A DNA stretch of 63,722 nucleotides, the filler included, from Octopus bimaculoides (lineage: Eukaryota), in assembly GCF_001194135.2 (NCBI RefSeq). It is 12 parts of 10 records of this genome, joined end to end, with 100 filler letters (N's around TTAATTAATTAA, not from the genome) between each part and the next. Parts side by side here need not be neighbours in the genome. Positions count along the whole stretch, not along the records: positions 46,138 to 60,188 come from NC_068986.1; positions 60,289 to 61,810 come from NC_068987.1; positions 61,911 to 63,722 come from NC_069004.1; 9 more parts are not named here. One strand, 5' to 3'. The notes under the pieces are model-generated. The model searched no databases, was not told where the DNA came from, and worked only from the letters and a program-made list of their open reading frames with translations. This document shows, in pieces, positions 50,491-63,722 of this stretch. Each line of letters opens with the position of its first letter. Position 1 is the stretch's first letter. The position numbers were made by a program, and so were the translations under genes.

Positions 50491-53400
50491 AAATTGTATT
50501 CTTGTTTGCGACACTAGAATCTAGAAACTAGAATGGCTGTCGTAATATGGCCATTGACAGTAATGTATCCGAACTTCGAAGTGTAACATATAAACGTGTG
50601 TGTGTGCGTACGTGCGTGTGTGTGTCCATAGGAGTGGGTGTTATGTAAATATGTATGTATATAAAATATATGCATATATATATATATGCATGTATCTAAA
50701 AGGAGTATATATATGCTTGCATATAAAATGTATATATATATATATGCATGCATATAAAATCTACATATATATGCATGCCTATACACACATATCTCCACAT
50801 AAAGTATAGGTGTGCATATATACACATAGGCAAGTAAATATATAGAGAACGCATGTATTGTATGTATGCACATGGATGTAATGTATATTTATATATGCAT
50901 GTATAGTGTATATACAACACGCGTATATTATTCATAACATATATATATAACATTATTTTATGGAAACATATATATATATACACATATATATATTTATTTG
51001 TTTATATGTATATATTTTCATGCATATACATATACGTATATATACATGCACGTATATATGTACTGTTCCGTATAATGTACACGCCACAGTCACACGCATA
51101 TAAAGATGTTTGCAAAACGGGTAGACATCACTATTAACCTTATAAGAAATGCTGACTTATCATAAATAGAAACACTCTAAGTTTTACTTTATTGACATTA
51201 TATCTATAACCGTTCTTTTTTTTTTTTTTTGTCTCCTCTGTCATTCCAGCCGTGCCCATTTCTATGCACTTCAGACATTTCAATGAAAATTGCTGTCCAT
51301 TCTTCGTTATGGCGCTTGTGTCATTCGAGTGAGTTCGATCTGCTGATTCTTCGACAACCACCGATCGCGTGAAATCGACCTTTTTGTCTAATGCGTGAAT
51401 GAGTTCGCGCATGTGTGTGTATGTATGTGTGTGTGTATGTTGTGTCTGTGTGTGTATGCCTGAGCGATTTTATCGCTGTTGATGTTTCATCGAACTCAGC
51501 TCGTTTTAATGAGAACTAAGATCAAACTTCGTAGCAGACGTGAAGGACTTGTCTTGTTTCAAGGGAACTATTAGAGCAGTATTGTTTCTTTAGAGGATTA
51601 GCCAGTGCCCCAGCTTGAACACAGTTTTAATGGCTTAATCAATCCTTATGCTTTGTATATGCTATTGTTATTGATGGTGTTTATTCGCATGCTACAGACC
51701 TGTAATGAAAGACTTTCCAAACGTGACGTTATAGTGTGCATGCCTTTTTTAATGTGATAGTTCCATGAGGAAACAATGCTATTTTAGTCTCGTGGTTAAA
51801 CACGTGTCTGGGTGTGTTTTGTTTTAATTTTATGTTGTTGCTTTTACTACTGTTTAGCAGTACATTATGTGAGATCAAGTAGTCCTAAGTTTAAAGACAT
51901 CCCGTAAAACATTATACACTATATCTAGTGTGAGACTGGAAGATGTCTATCTTATTCATGAACCATTTTCTCACCTTTTAGGAATTTTAATCACTCTTTC
52001 TGGTGTGATTTTTTTACACTCACAAAACATGGCAGATGAAAAGACAAGGAGTGCATTACCGCTACAGAAAAGTGTCAGTGAAAAATATCCTAACGCGTTA
52101 TTTCATAGCCTATTCCATCAGCCATTTAAAATAAGGTTGTGTTGTGTGCAACATCATTTGAATATGTTCATTGTCTCAGGTTCTGTCTTATGTAGCAATC
52201 AGGAGAAAGTATGGAAGAACAATCTTTATCTTAGCTATGTTTCCTAACTTCATAATTTTATTTTATTAAATAAGGTTTGAGGAGTTGTCCTTAAAGAGGC
52301 TTGTGGTTTGGATGCAGTTGTTAAAAAAAAAACAACTCCCAATTTTGGGTATATGCCGTATATCAATGTTTGGTCAACATTAGAGCCATGACCATCTTGT
52401 CCTATTGTAATTGGGAAGTTCAAAAACTGTCTCTAACTTTAAAAAATGATTGGAATGTTTGTCGAGGAAATACTGACTGACACTTTAATTTTAGTCTTGC
52501 TGAATTATTGAGGATACTCCAGTCATAAGAATGAATTACGCTTCTCTGTCTAGCAGGTCAAGTGACTGCTTAAAGGCGACATCATTTTGACATGATATTT
52601 AACATCTACAAACAATTGTCTTCAATGGACTATCATCAAGCTTCGCCTCCATCAATTCATTGATTCACAAACTGAAACTGTTTACACATTCATGCTTAAT
52701 ATTTAGCAATATGCATGGATGTGATACTATATTCCTCAGTCGTGGCTTTCCAGGTGAAACATCTTCTCTTGTTCAATATGTAATGTGATGCTTCGACCAC
52801 AGAGGTGGCTTCAATCCATACAACAAATAGATAAAATGGCCCTCTTTAGTATTTCAAGAGTAGTTTCAAACAGTGAAAAGATCTTTGATGTAGTCGCCGG
52901 ACCTGTTAACAAACATCCTTTAACTTACACCTTACTTTTTCTAGCAGACCGAGTGACCATGTAGAGGCTTTCTCATTGGTTCGTAAAAGTTGTCATAGTG
53001 ATCAACGTTGACTGAGTTGTTGGTGTTGTTTGAGCCTAACTCAAAGCTGGGAACTACATGGTTCCAGGCTATCCTTAAACGAGTCCAACAACAAAAAGAA
53101 TGAATCAAAATTACATGGTAGAAAGAACGAAGAATATATCAACACTACAGTGATATGAGGAGAGGTAGTCGAATAGAAACATAGAATTCAATTCATGTTT
53201 AACTTCCTGTTCTTTATCTTTGTAACTAATAATAGTATACTATTTTCATTCTGCATCCTGGCATCACAGTCAGTTTTCTCGTGTATTCTTTGATTTAGCT
53301 GCAGAAGTTGTTGCTTAGACCCAAGAGACCAACCCGCATCGTGTGACTAGTTTTGCAATACAGAAAACGTTATAATAAGTGTTCTCATTAAAATCATATA

Positions 53401-54664
53401 CACTCTGCGGTCAAAGCCGTACATTCTATCTTGTCGCTCGAATTGTTAAATGTGGCACCCGAAACTCCACTCCTATTAAATTATCACACATCTGTTGGAC
53501 TCGGGCCAATCTTAGCACAAAGCAACAACCACAAACATAATAACAATACAAAACAGGAAAAGCAAAACTGACAAGTCAAAAACAACAAATGCAGCTTGAA
53601 TGACAATTACAGCAAAGAAAAGAGCATCATAAAACAACAAATATAAAAAAAAGTAATAAGAAAACATGATAATGACCGACAACATTCAAATAGCAACAAA
53701 AACAACATCATGTGACCTGTGAAATCATAGGAGGAAATACCTTCAAGAAGGATCGGCTTTAGTAATGACCACCAAATTCTTTCGAAAAACAATCTATATT
53801 TGTGGCATGGTAAGACGGTTAATTAGAAGATTTATTAGAGCCAGATGCGAGTGGCATTTCGTTATTGGTCGAAACTTCGGATTTCAAACCTCAACGAGAT
53901 CAACTTTGCCTTTTATCATTTTCTGGTAGATAAAACGCCATGTTAGACAAGTAGCGGTGAGGATGGTATGCAGAGACAACTCCTTCATGCTTAACTTCGA
54001 AAAAAAAGCAAAACCGAAGTCTTTATTAATGTGGGAGACATTGATCATTGTAGATCCATGTATACAAAGTGGGGGTGGAGACTATCAATACACATGCACA
54101 TATGCACGCACGGACACACACATACACAAACACATCTCTCTCTCTGTCTCTCTCTCTCTCCCTCTCTCTCTTTCTCTCTCTGTATATATATATATATATA
54201 TATNNNNNNNNNNNNNNNNNNNNNNNNNNNNNNNNNNNNNNNNNNNNNNNNNNNNNNNNNNNNNNNNNNNNNNNNNNNNNNNNNNNNNNNNNNNNNNNNN
54301 NNNNNNNNNNNNNNNNNNNNNNNNNNNNNNNNNNNNNNNNNNNNNNNNNNNNNNNNNNNNNNNNNNNNNNNNNNNNNNNNNNNNNNNNNNNNNNNNNNNN
54401 NNNNNNNNNNNNNNNNNNNNNNNNNNNNNNNNNNNNNNNNNNNNNNNNNNNNNNNNNNNNNNNNNNNNNNNNNNNNNNNNNNNNNNNNNNNNNNNNNNNN
54501 NNNNNNNNNNNNNNNNNNNNNNNNNNNNNNNNNNNNNNNNNNNNNNNNNNNNNNNNNNNNNNNNNNNNNNNNNNNNNNNNNNNNNNNNNNNNNNNNNNNN
54601 NNNNNNNNNNNNNNNNNNNNNNNNNNNNNNNNNNNNNNNNNNNNNNNNNNNNNNNNNNNNNNNN

Positions 54665-54705
<41 letters not shown>

Positions 54706-56411
54706 CACACACACACACATATATATATATCGATGATAAACCGATAAATCGGTGCGTTCAACCAAAAATACACTTTGGTATTTATTCCGCCTGACATGTA
54801 CAGATGCTCACTTGTTACTCCAGTAACCATCGGAAATTCAGTGAACCATTGCCTGGACTGCAAGAAATCTATAACCTGGGCTGTTTTTGTTTACAAATTG
54901 CATCATAGAGAATAAAACAAATAACATTTTTTTCTAGCAAGACATGGATCTCCGTCAGTTTCCACAATCGGGTTTCAGTTTTGTTATCAAAAATGGAACA
55001 CATGATACTTGAATTATTATGAGTGGTTGAATATTCCGTAAACACGAAAACACTTAGTATAATTCTCAAGTAGAATTTACACAACACGGTGAGTGGCAAG
55101 GCTGGATCTATAAAATAAATTTGCAATCAGACGAGCTTCTGTGTTTTTCCCATCAACTCAATTCACTCATACATCTTGTGATTAACCATAAAGTAAAATT
55201 AGTGTCTCCAGTCCTGGAACTGGAACTCACTAGGCAGGTCACCCGCTTTCAATGGCGTATAAATCACAGAAAAATCAGAAAATTCGTCTTGGAACGGGAC
55301 ACCAAACACAAGGCAACGACCTTTTCTTGTGATGACCATGGCAATGTTAAACATGCATTTGCCCCGCACACCTCACACTACAATCGGTCTCCGCTCATTA
55401 CGACTGTGCAAATGAACCTTTTAAGCATTCGTTCATGCTGCATTCATAAATATGTCAGCCATAAGATTATTAACTGGCAACAATGCACGTAATCTGGTCA
55501 AACCATGGAGTAGTTCTCTCTATCTGCGCTGCTCTCTGACCAACATTGAGTCTATAAGATCTTAAGTATATAGCTATGTGGATACGTATGTAGGAAGGCA
55601 GATTAATATCTAACTTGGTGGTTGTTCATGTTATTAGATGTGTGAGTATACGTTATAGGTAGGGAGTAGGTAGGCTGAGAGTTTCGTATTTTATAGTGCA
55701 AACTCAAATCCGATTTAGCAACCCTATGAAGAAGAGTAATAGCTATTGTAACCGTCTGTGGTACAGTATTTCATAAATACCGATGCGTCAATATGTACAT
55801 ATGTTTTCCTTTTGCTTCAAAGTGAAGCATATTCACGATCAGAGCGCGTTTCTATATAACATGAACAGCATTTCTTCTGCTTTGACAATTCTTTCCTTCT
55901 AGCAGTGTGTGGTTGTATGGTGTATGTCATTTATTCTCTATTTTGAATCAGCACAAAATTGTCAAGAATCGGTTGTCATCTTTTAGCAAATTGACAAAGC
56001 AAAAAGAGACTCCCTTCCTGGATTTAAGTTGGTCGTTATTTATGCGATATGTGTAAATGTGTGTAGGTATGTGCGTATGGAGGTAGGTAGGTACGTATGT
56101 ACTTAGGTGGATAGTTAGGTAGGGAGGGAAGGAGGGAGGGAGGCAGTATGAGAGGTAATATGTGTGTGCGTGGGAATTTTGCAGAACTAATAGAATAGAA
56201 TATTAAACTGATCTCTATCAATATATTTTGCTTCTGTTACGACACGATAAAATAATGTTTGAGACAATGGAAACAAGGTGTAAGATATATTTTGATAAAA
56301 ATGTCAATATTTTCTTTCCTTTAACCATGAAAAATTTCTCAAAGCAAGAATTTCTCTCTGTTCGTTTTTTATGTATATGGGTGGGGGCTTGCAAAATATA
56401 TGTATATATAT

Positions 56412-56457
<46 letters not shown>

Positions 56458-58444
56458 GTGATACATAATGTTTTGTTAAAGGTGAAAAAGAACTTCTCAA
56501 ACGGTCACTCCATGTTTCAAGTGACCACTCGTCAGACTGTTGTCATAATACAAAAGTATTATTCTGTATTATCGCAGCTGCCTGATGAATGGTCACGTGA
56601 ATCTCATCAATAATCTTTTAAGAGATTTTTTCAGCTTTAATAAAATAGTATTTTATACTACTTTTGATATTAGAGTACCATTTTCCCGCCTAGTTTGGAA
56701 TACATATATTTACTTGTGTGCGGGGGGGGGCGCGTCTGTGTCTGTCTGTGTCTGTCTGTCTGTCTGTCTATGTATATATCTTATACAGGCATAAAATTAT
56801 TGATTGCTAGATGTGTAGAGAGTTGAAAATTCTGTTGATATTGTCGTTTACTCCAGGACGGCCGTAGTAACAGAGACAGCTTTGAGAACAAACTCCTTCA
56901 CGGACCCATATTGTAATTAATACTGAAATAGTGATACCAGAACAAGCGAATACATTGTCGAGTTTTGTAAGAACGAAGGCGTTTTTTCTGAAAAGGATTC
57001 AGAGGATATCTGAAAGTGACCAAGCAGCAATATATAGGGTAACTCTCAATGAATACACACACACACACACACACACACACAAATGCATACACACACACAC
57101 ACGCATTTCAGGAGATGACAAGTTCAGAGTGTCTATTTCCGGCCACTTATTATAAAGAACTCAAAGTAAAGTCTAGGAATGAATAAACATTCATTGTGTA
57201 AATGTTCATCAGATAAAATATACTTTGTTTGGAAATAAAAAGATGATACATAAGCCAGTTGCTGGATCGTAAAATACATAAAATTCTTCCTGTGTTGTCT
57301 TCTAGCAATGGCGTTAGAAGGGGCTGAAGTTAACGAGAAACATAAATAGACATACACATAAATAGAAAGAGATGGTTGGACAAACGGAACATAGATAGAT
57401 AGATAGATACATAGATAGATGTTTTCGCAAGTGGATACATCTTTAAAGCTGAGAGAAAGGGAAAACGATCTAACGAATAGATATAAGAAAGAATCAGAGA
57501 GAGAGAGAGGGGGGGAGAGAGAAAGAGAGATAGAGCGAGAGAGACGTAAATAAGGAGTAATGAAAAAAAGAAACGATTGAATAAACGAAATAAAGAGCGA
57601 AATAAATAAGAAAAGAACGTGAAAACTAATAAAACAAAGAGAAAAGCAATGAACAAAATGATCTAAGTTACCTAAATATAAAGACGATGGAAGTGACAAA
57701 GAAAAATATATACAATAAATAAAATAATATCAGGACATTGTTTGGTAGAAAAATATTTAAAAATCAACAAAATCAACATTAATTATAATGAAATAAAAAT
57801 ATACAATAAAAAAGGTAGAAAACAAGATGGCGATTTAATCATGTTTGTTTCTCAAGAATGAACTTAATAATATAATTTTATACCATGGGACATGTAATAA
57901 AAGTTTTACTTCGTTGGCTTCTACAGCACACATAGAGACAGACATTGAGACGTATGGAGGTTCTTAGAGAAACACCAAGACACATTCACTTACAAATAGA
58001 CAAATGCACGCACAAACACACACAGACACATACACATACTGGCATACGCAGTCTGGCATTATCGTATTGACTCAGTCGGAAGATACACACACACAGACAT
58101 AAACAAACACACAAACACACACGCATATATATGTGCATATAGGTGGAAAACAAACTAATGAAACAGTGACACATCTATGCAACTATTGCGCATATCTCTA
58201 CAAACAATCGGACAGCTTGTGTTCGATACGTTCATACCTATATCGAAATCATAAACATGTTTAGAAATATTTTTAATAAGAAGAAGCGAAACTGAAACAC
58301 ACACCTGTAGACACGTACGTAACGAAATACTTGAGAACGTATTTACATACAAAGACAAGTGCTATAACCTGAAGAGACGCATATCTAAATATATATGTAT
58401 CCCAAGTGTAAGTACATACCGATAGAGACAGCTAGAAGGTTTCA

Positions 58445-58493
<49 letters not shown>

Positions 58494-59024
58494 AGAGAGA
58501 CAGAGAGACAGAGAGACAGAGAGACAGACAGACAGCCAGACAGACAGAGTAAGAAGTAGATGGTGTACATGCGTCTGAATAAGACGATTTAAACATTGAC
58601 AAAAATCAAACAATCAAATAGTGCTCCATGGAATAATAATGATGACGGTGATGATGATGATGATAATAATAATTATAATAATAATATGATGTTGATGATG
58701 ATGAGGAGGATGATGATATATGTGAGTCTGTGTAAACAAATGGTCAGTACGTCCATGTTTACATCAGACGCTGATTAATTTTGTATGTTTTAACAGATAT
58801 TCTCATAAATATTAACATGGTCTGTGCATATTTCGTGCGTTTGTCTATACCCATACATACACACTGGTACGATAGGAATGCGTATATACTTAGAAACACA
58901 AACCACAAACGCACATGCACTTTACTTATATATATATATATATATGCAGAACGAGAGTGGAGGGAGATAGAAATATGTATATATGTATATATATATTTAT
59001 TTATGTGTTTCAGCCAAGTGGCTG

Positions 59025-59108
<84 letters not shown>

Positions 59109-59865
59109 CGTACATACATGAATATTCTCAGATATATGGATATTTATACATGCACATAAGTCTTTGTGTGTGTGTCTGTTTGCGCGTGTGTGCAGGTAAA
59201 ACATCTGTTCGTCCGCCATTGTCGAATATAACAATATAGATCGTGTGTACGTGGCTGAGTGTAAAGCAGATACGTATACGCGGATTCGAACTATTTGCAG
59301 ACAAATTCTGCACGCGTCGTTGATTCATTATGGATAACTAAACAGATTTAAATAATCTGCGAATATACTCGTTTAGAGAATTAGATCTGGAGATCTATGG
59401 CTTGATCGTATAATTAAATATATTAAAATAACCTTCAATGCAACTATATGTAATTATATTTCCGTCAACGTGGCGGCGAGTTTAAGCGGAAACTGACGAA
59501 CATCAAAGCGTGCAAAGCAATGGGATATTTTGAACCAATGGTTGCCAGAAACACAGCGTCCAGGTAACTAATTACTTCCATGCTACCTGATATTTTGTCG
59601 TTTACAACCAGGTGTAGTAAAGAAAATCTACATTTTATCTTTTCAATCTACCTCCACAAATATCCCACTCATTCCAGAGTTAATTTGTTTAATTTCGTCT
59701 CTTTTCCTGTCTCAATCTCTATTATTCTTTATTTTATTTCTATTGCCATTTTCCCATTCATTTTCTTTCTTTCCTCTTTCTCCTTTCTTTCTTTCTTCGT
59801 TTCTTTCTTCTTTATTTTTATCTGTCTGTGTCACTGTCTGTCTATCTACCTATCTATCTATCTAG

Positions 59866-59899
<34 letters not shown>

Positions 59900-60288
59900 C
59901 TTCTCACGGACGTGCTGTCACATCGGCTGCGAAGGTAAACGTTTATTTGACCTTTTATTGCCCATATTTTGTTGGAATTTTTGTATATAAGGTGTGTGAA
60001 GCACCAAACTTTCTTTTTATTGTGTTTTCAAGGTAGGAATTGGCCCTTTAGGGGCAGTTTCAACCTTTTTAAAATTATATATTTTCTTCTCGACATTGAA
60101 AAATGTCGAGAAACATAGTCATAGAACGCTGGACAGAAACTTTAATGAACGAACATTTTCCTAGACTTGAGACGCTAGGAGAACAAAANNNNNNNNNNNN
60201 NNNNNNNNNNNNNNNNNNNNNNNNNNNNNNNNTTAATTAATTAANNNNNNNNNNNNNNNNNNNNNNNNNNNNNNNNNNNNNNNNNNNN

Positions 60289-60351
<63 letters not shown>

Positions 60352-60719
60352 GATATATATATATATATACACATATATACATACATATATATACATACAT
60401 ACATACATATACATACATATAAACATATACATATATGTGTATAGATGTATGTATATCTATGTGAGTGTATGTAACTGTGTATGTGCGTGCGTATAAGTAT
60501 ATATGTATTTCTATGTGTGTGTATATATACATACATATATATATACATGTGTGTGTATGTAACTGTGTGTGTGTGTGTGTTTATGTGTTTGCACTCAGGT
60601 CTCGGTTCGCAATATAAGCACTGATATATAACTATATTCCTATGTACATGTGTGTGTATAATAAATGCAAACATGTGCACAGACACATACATATGCATAT
60701 ATATACACATATACACAAC

Positions 60720-60830
60720 CATATCAAACTAACAGCGGAAATCAAGGCAATCCAGTGTCACTATACAAAGAAGATTGACTCGGTGCAACAAATTAGCTAC
60801 AGGGAGAGGCTAAGTGTAATGAAGATCTAG
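60720..60830 (+). mobile_element. CR1/L2-clade LINE RT C-terminal fragment
   Basis: IKAIQCHYTKKIDSVQQISYRERLSVMKI matches 'E.VQR.FTK.I.....LSY.ERL..L.L'. Confidence 0.65.
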
Positions 60831-60832
60831 AC

Positions 60833-60900
60833 CAGGGGTAGGGAAACCCCCGCCCGTAGGCGCAATTGCGCCCGTAGGCTGGTATACTCGTATGTACAAA
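60833..60900 (+). mobile_element. hAT/Charlie-like left terminus interrupting the LINE fragment
   Basis: CAGGGGTAGGGAAAC preceded by aTCTAGAc target; internal palindrome ggcgcaattgcgcc. Confidence 0.6.
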
Positions 60901-62053
60901 ATACAGTAAATTTTTCAATAATAAAATTTATACAATACTCGCATGCCTATTTTCGACATAGGTCGCATTTTCACTACGACTTAAAACGGTTAGACTCGAA
61001 CAGAAAATCGTCTGGCAATTTCCATTTGAACGGAAATGTTGTTTTCACTATAAAACACATATTGCTAAATTTGTACCACCCAACTGAGACCCAACTACAC
61101 TCTAGCTGGAAAATATAGAATACCTCATAAGTGTAAGGGACCGTGCGATGTGGAGTGATGAGAATGGGTCTTTAGTACCACTTCACACAGCCCTTACAAT
61201 AAAGAGAAAATTGAACAGAACCAATAAATGCCAGATGGGAAAAGACAACCGTATGAAAATGATTAAGAGAACATGTATTGATATGTCTGTGTGTGCGTCA
61301 TGTATACAGAATAATAGACAGGCCGTCCTGTGAACAAAGTGTATGTGTGTTCCTGTAAGCATAGATGTATGCACGTGTTAACATATAAGGATGACAATGA
61401 AGATGATGACAGTGAAAGAGTCTGTAACCATCGAAGTGAGAAGTAAGTTCATAGACACAAGAAAGATGAATAATACCAGTTCGTAGTCATAGTACACGGT
61501 AGTTGAAATACGAAGTTTTATTTAATTTGCTTTGCGGGAAGGACTGTTTTAACGAAGTTGCGTCTTGTCCCTACCTTCGAAACGCGGAGTAGATAAAACA
61601 GGGGGCAACTGATGAAGGGAATTTTCTTTATGTTGCCTGTCTCGTTTCTGTTTGTTTGTTTCTTTCGTTGTTCGAAAAAAGGTTCGTTTTCTATGTTTTT
61701 GTTTTTTATGTTCTCGTTTCTCATTTTGTCCACGTTTTTTGACGTCTTGTACCCATATATGCATGTATATATACATATATATGTATATATGCATATATTT
61801 ATATATTATTNNNNNNNNNNNNNNNNNNNNNNNNNNNNNNNNNNNNNNNNNNNNTTAATTAATTAANNNNNNNNNNNNNNNNNNNNNNNNNNNNNNNNNN
61901 NNNNNNNNNNAGAAGTGTTAACAGGTGAGGTGCCATGCAACCGAAAAAAAACTGATGTCTGTATGATAAAGAAAAATGATAAGAACGAATAAAATTGTAA
62001 TTAACATGGAGAAGAATTTGCGTAAAATATATGAGGTATTCATTAGCAGCAGT

Positions 62054-62515
62054 GGAGGCGCAATGGCCCAGTGGTTAGGGCAGCGGACTCGCGGTCATAG
62101 GATCGCGGTTTCGATTCCCAGACCGGGCGTTGTGAGTGTTTATTGAGCCAAAGCTCCACGAGGCTCCGGCAGTTGGATGGTGGCGAACCCTGCTGTACTC
62201 TTTCACCACAACTTTCTCTCACTCTTACTTCCTGTTTCTGTTGTGCCTGTAATTCAAAGGGCCAGCCTTGTCACACTATGTCAAACTGAATATCCCCGAG
62301 AACTACGGTAAGGGTACACGTGNNNNNNNNNNTGTAATTCAAAGGGCCAGCCTTGTCACACTATGTCAAACTGAATATCCCCGAGAACTACGGTAAGGGT
62401 ACACGTGTCTGTGGAGTGCTCAGCCACTTGCACGTTAATTTCGCGAGTAGGCTGTTCCGTTGATCGGATCAACTGGAACCCTCATCGTCGTAATCGACGG
62501 AGTGCCAATAACAAC
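62054..62515 (+). mobile_element. SINE C, full length, tRNA-derived head
   Basis: A box TGGCCCAGTGG, B-box-like GGTTTCGATTCCC; (AAC)n tail; ~60 bp duplicated across the 10-N gap. Confidence 0.85.
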
Positions 62516-62525
62516 AATTCATAAG

Positions 62526-62818
62526 CAGTGGCGGATTGGGTCTAAAAATATTGGTTGCCAGGAGACTAAGGAAGCCCACCCGCAACTACAATGCTATCAT
62601 TTATTTATTTATTTTGTTAAAAGTATTCTTTTCAACTGTCTACAAACACAGCCTGGCTGGAATAGTTAATGCATTCTTCCAGGAGTGAATAAAAAATTCT
62701 CAAACATGAGGGTATGGGCCCCCTTATATACTAACATGGGCCCCGATATATATAGCTTCTAATGGCGCAGGGGTCATTTGCCATCGGGCTAGCTGGCAAC
62801 CTGGCCAGTCCGCCACTG
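62526..62818. mobile_element. Complete hAT-type MITE, 293 bp
   Basis: TIRs CAGTGGCGGATTGG / rc CAGTGGCGGACTGG (13/14); 8-bp TSD ttcataag / ctcataag (7/8). Confidence 0.85.
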
Positions 62819-63304
62819 CTCATAAGCATGATCTTCTACAATTCATTTATTTTGGGGCTGCCTGTACCAGAAAGAAAAAAATTAATCTTAAAAACTACAG
62901 CATCACTCATTGGTTAGATTCTGAATGTTCTAAAGTGTGGTATTGTAAAGTCAATAGAAATATACCACAAAAAGGGTAATTAACTTAACTTAATTAGTCT
63001 TAATAACCACAGGCTCTCTCGTTAGCTACATTTATACGTTGGGAATCCCTAAATGACCACAAAAATTCTAGGGAGTGTTGTTTTATGTCAATAAAATATA
63101 CCATAAAGCGGTTTATTTCGCTAACATAAAACCAGATTGAACTGATTCAAACTGGTTCGATCCAGTCTCTACCAGTCGACTCGGTCGCCCATCTTGTCGT
63201 TATCTCTTCACACTTGGCTGACACTAAAGTCTGAATGGAAATGGATATTATTATACAGCAGAACGAGAATCTGTTCTGTCTTCATCGTTCATTTGTTTGT
63301 CAAT

Positions 63305-63722
63305 GGACAACGGCCACACTGGAGCACTGCCTTGAAGGGGTTTTAGTCGAACGAATCGACTATAGAAGTTCTTTTTGAAGTCAACAAATTATTCTGTTGT
63401 TCTCTAATTTCCAGGGCGCTAGATTTCGGGGATGTAAACAAACTCACACTGGTTGTCAAACGATGCTACGGGAAACATACACACACACACATGTATATAT
63501 ATATATATGTGTGTGTATTCATATGTGCCACTACCATCTAATTTGCCCGGGGCCTATAATGCCGCTAAGACGGCCTTGATGTGTGTGTGTGTCGGGGGGG
63601 GGTCGTCTTTGTCCGCTACCACTGCATGATAACCGGTGTTGGCTTCGTTTTGGTTCCCATAACTTAGCGGTTCAGTAAATAGTCACTCTTACAATAAATA
63701 CCTGGTTTTAAGGAAAATAATA
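63305..63722. mobile_element. Degenerate SINE A remnants in opposite orientations
   Basis: - strand ggccacactggagcactgccttgaagggg...ggaaacatac; + strand accggtgttggc...aacttagcggttc. Confidence 0.6.

Noticed and set aside
57820-57832. CAAGATGGCG YY1-like motif
   Set aside because: Isolated 10-mer in AT-rich DNA with no other promoter evidence.
62054-62130. tRNA-like sequence
   Set aside because: SINE head: no proper acceptor stem and it continues into a 400-bp repeat body.

Overview
AT-rich, microsatellite-dense animal genomic DNA from a gapped draft assembly. The SINE families and repeat landscape suggest a coleoid cephalopod, most likely Octopus (inference). One protein-coding gene is supportable: the 5' part of a minus-strand, multi-exon gene encoding a divergent periplasmic-binding-protein-type amino-terminal domain, most like ionotropic glutamate receptors / variant ionotropic receptors (IRs). 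It has three phase-compatible exons (7993-8265, 2955-3139, 454-636), a signal-peptide exon (11414-11533) with a 1-nt frame defect, and a doubtful SINE-bordered exon (10639-10746); the gene runs off the left edge. The rest is a transposon graveyard: three tRNA-derived SINE families, RTE, CR1/L2 and REL-endonuclease LINE fragments, mariner and maT (DD37D-like) transposons, hAT MITEs and Penelope-like element (PLE) remnants. The most unusual signal is a set of minimal type-I hammerhead ribozyme (HHR) motifs in PLE-like termini: one with an intact core (14560-14594), two sharing an A6->U change, and a pair with a compensatory U3:A8 core inside the 114-bp inverted ends of a 1.18-kb element (20192-21371), plus two fold-back palindromes built around HHR-like ends. 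Most long ORFs in the track are microsatellite or N-gap artefacts. All family assignments come from recognising motifs by eye, with no database search; repeat boundaries are approximate.
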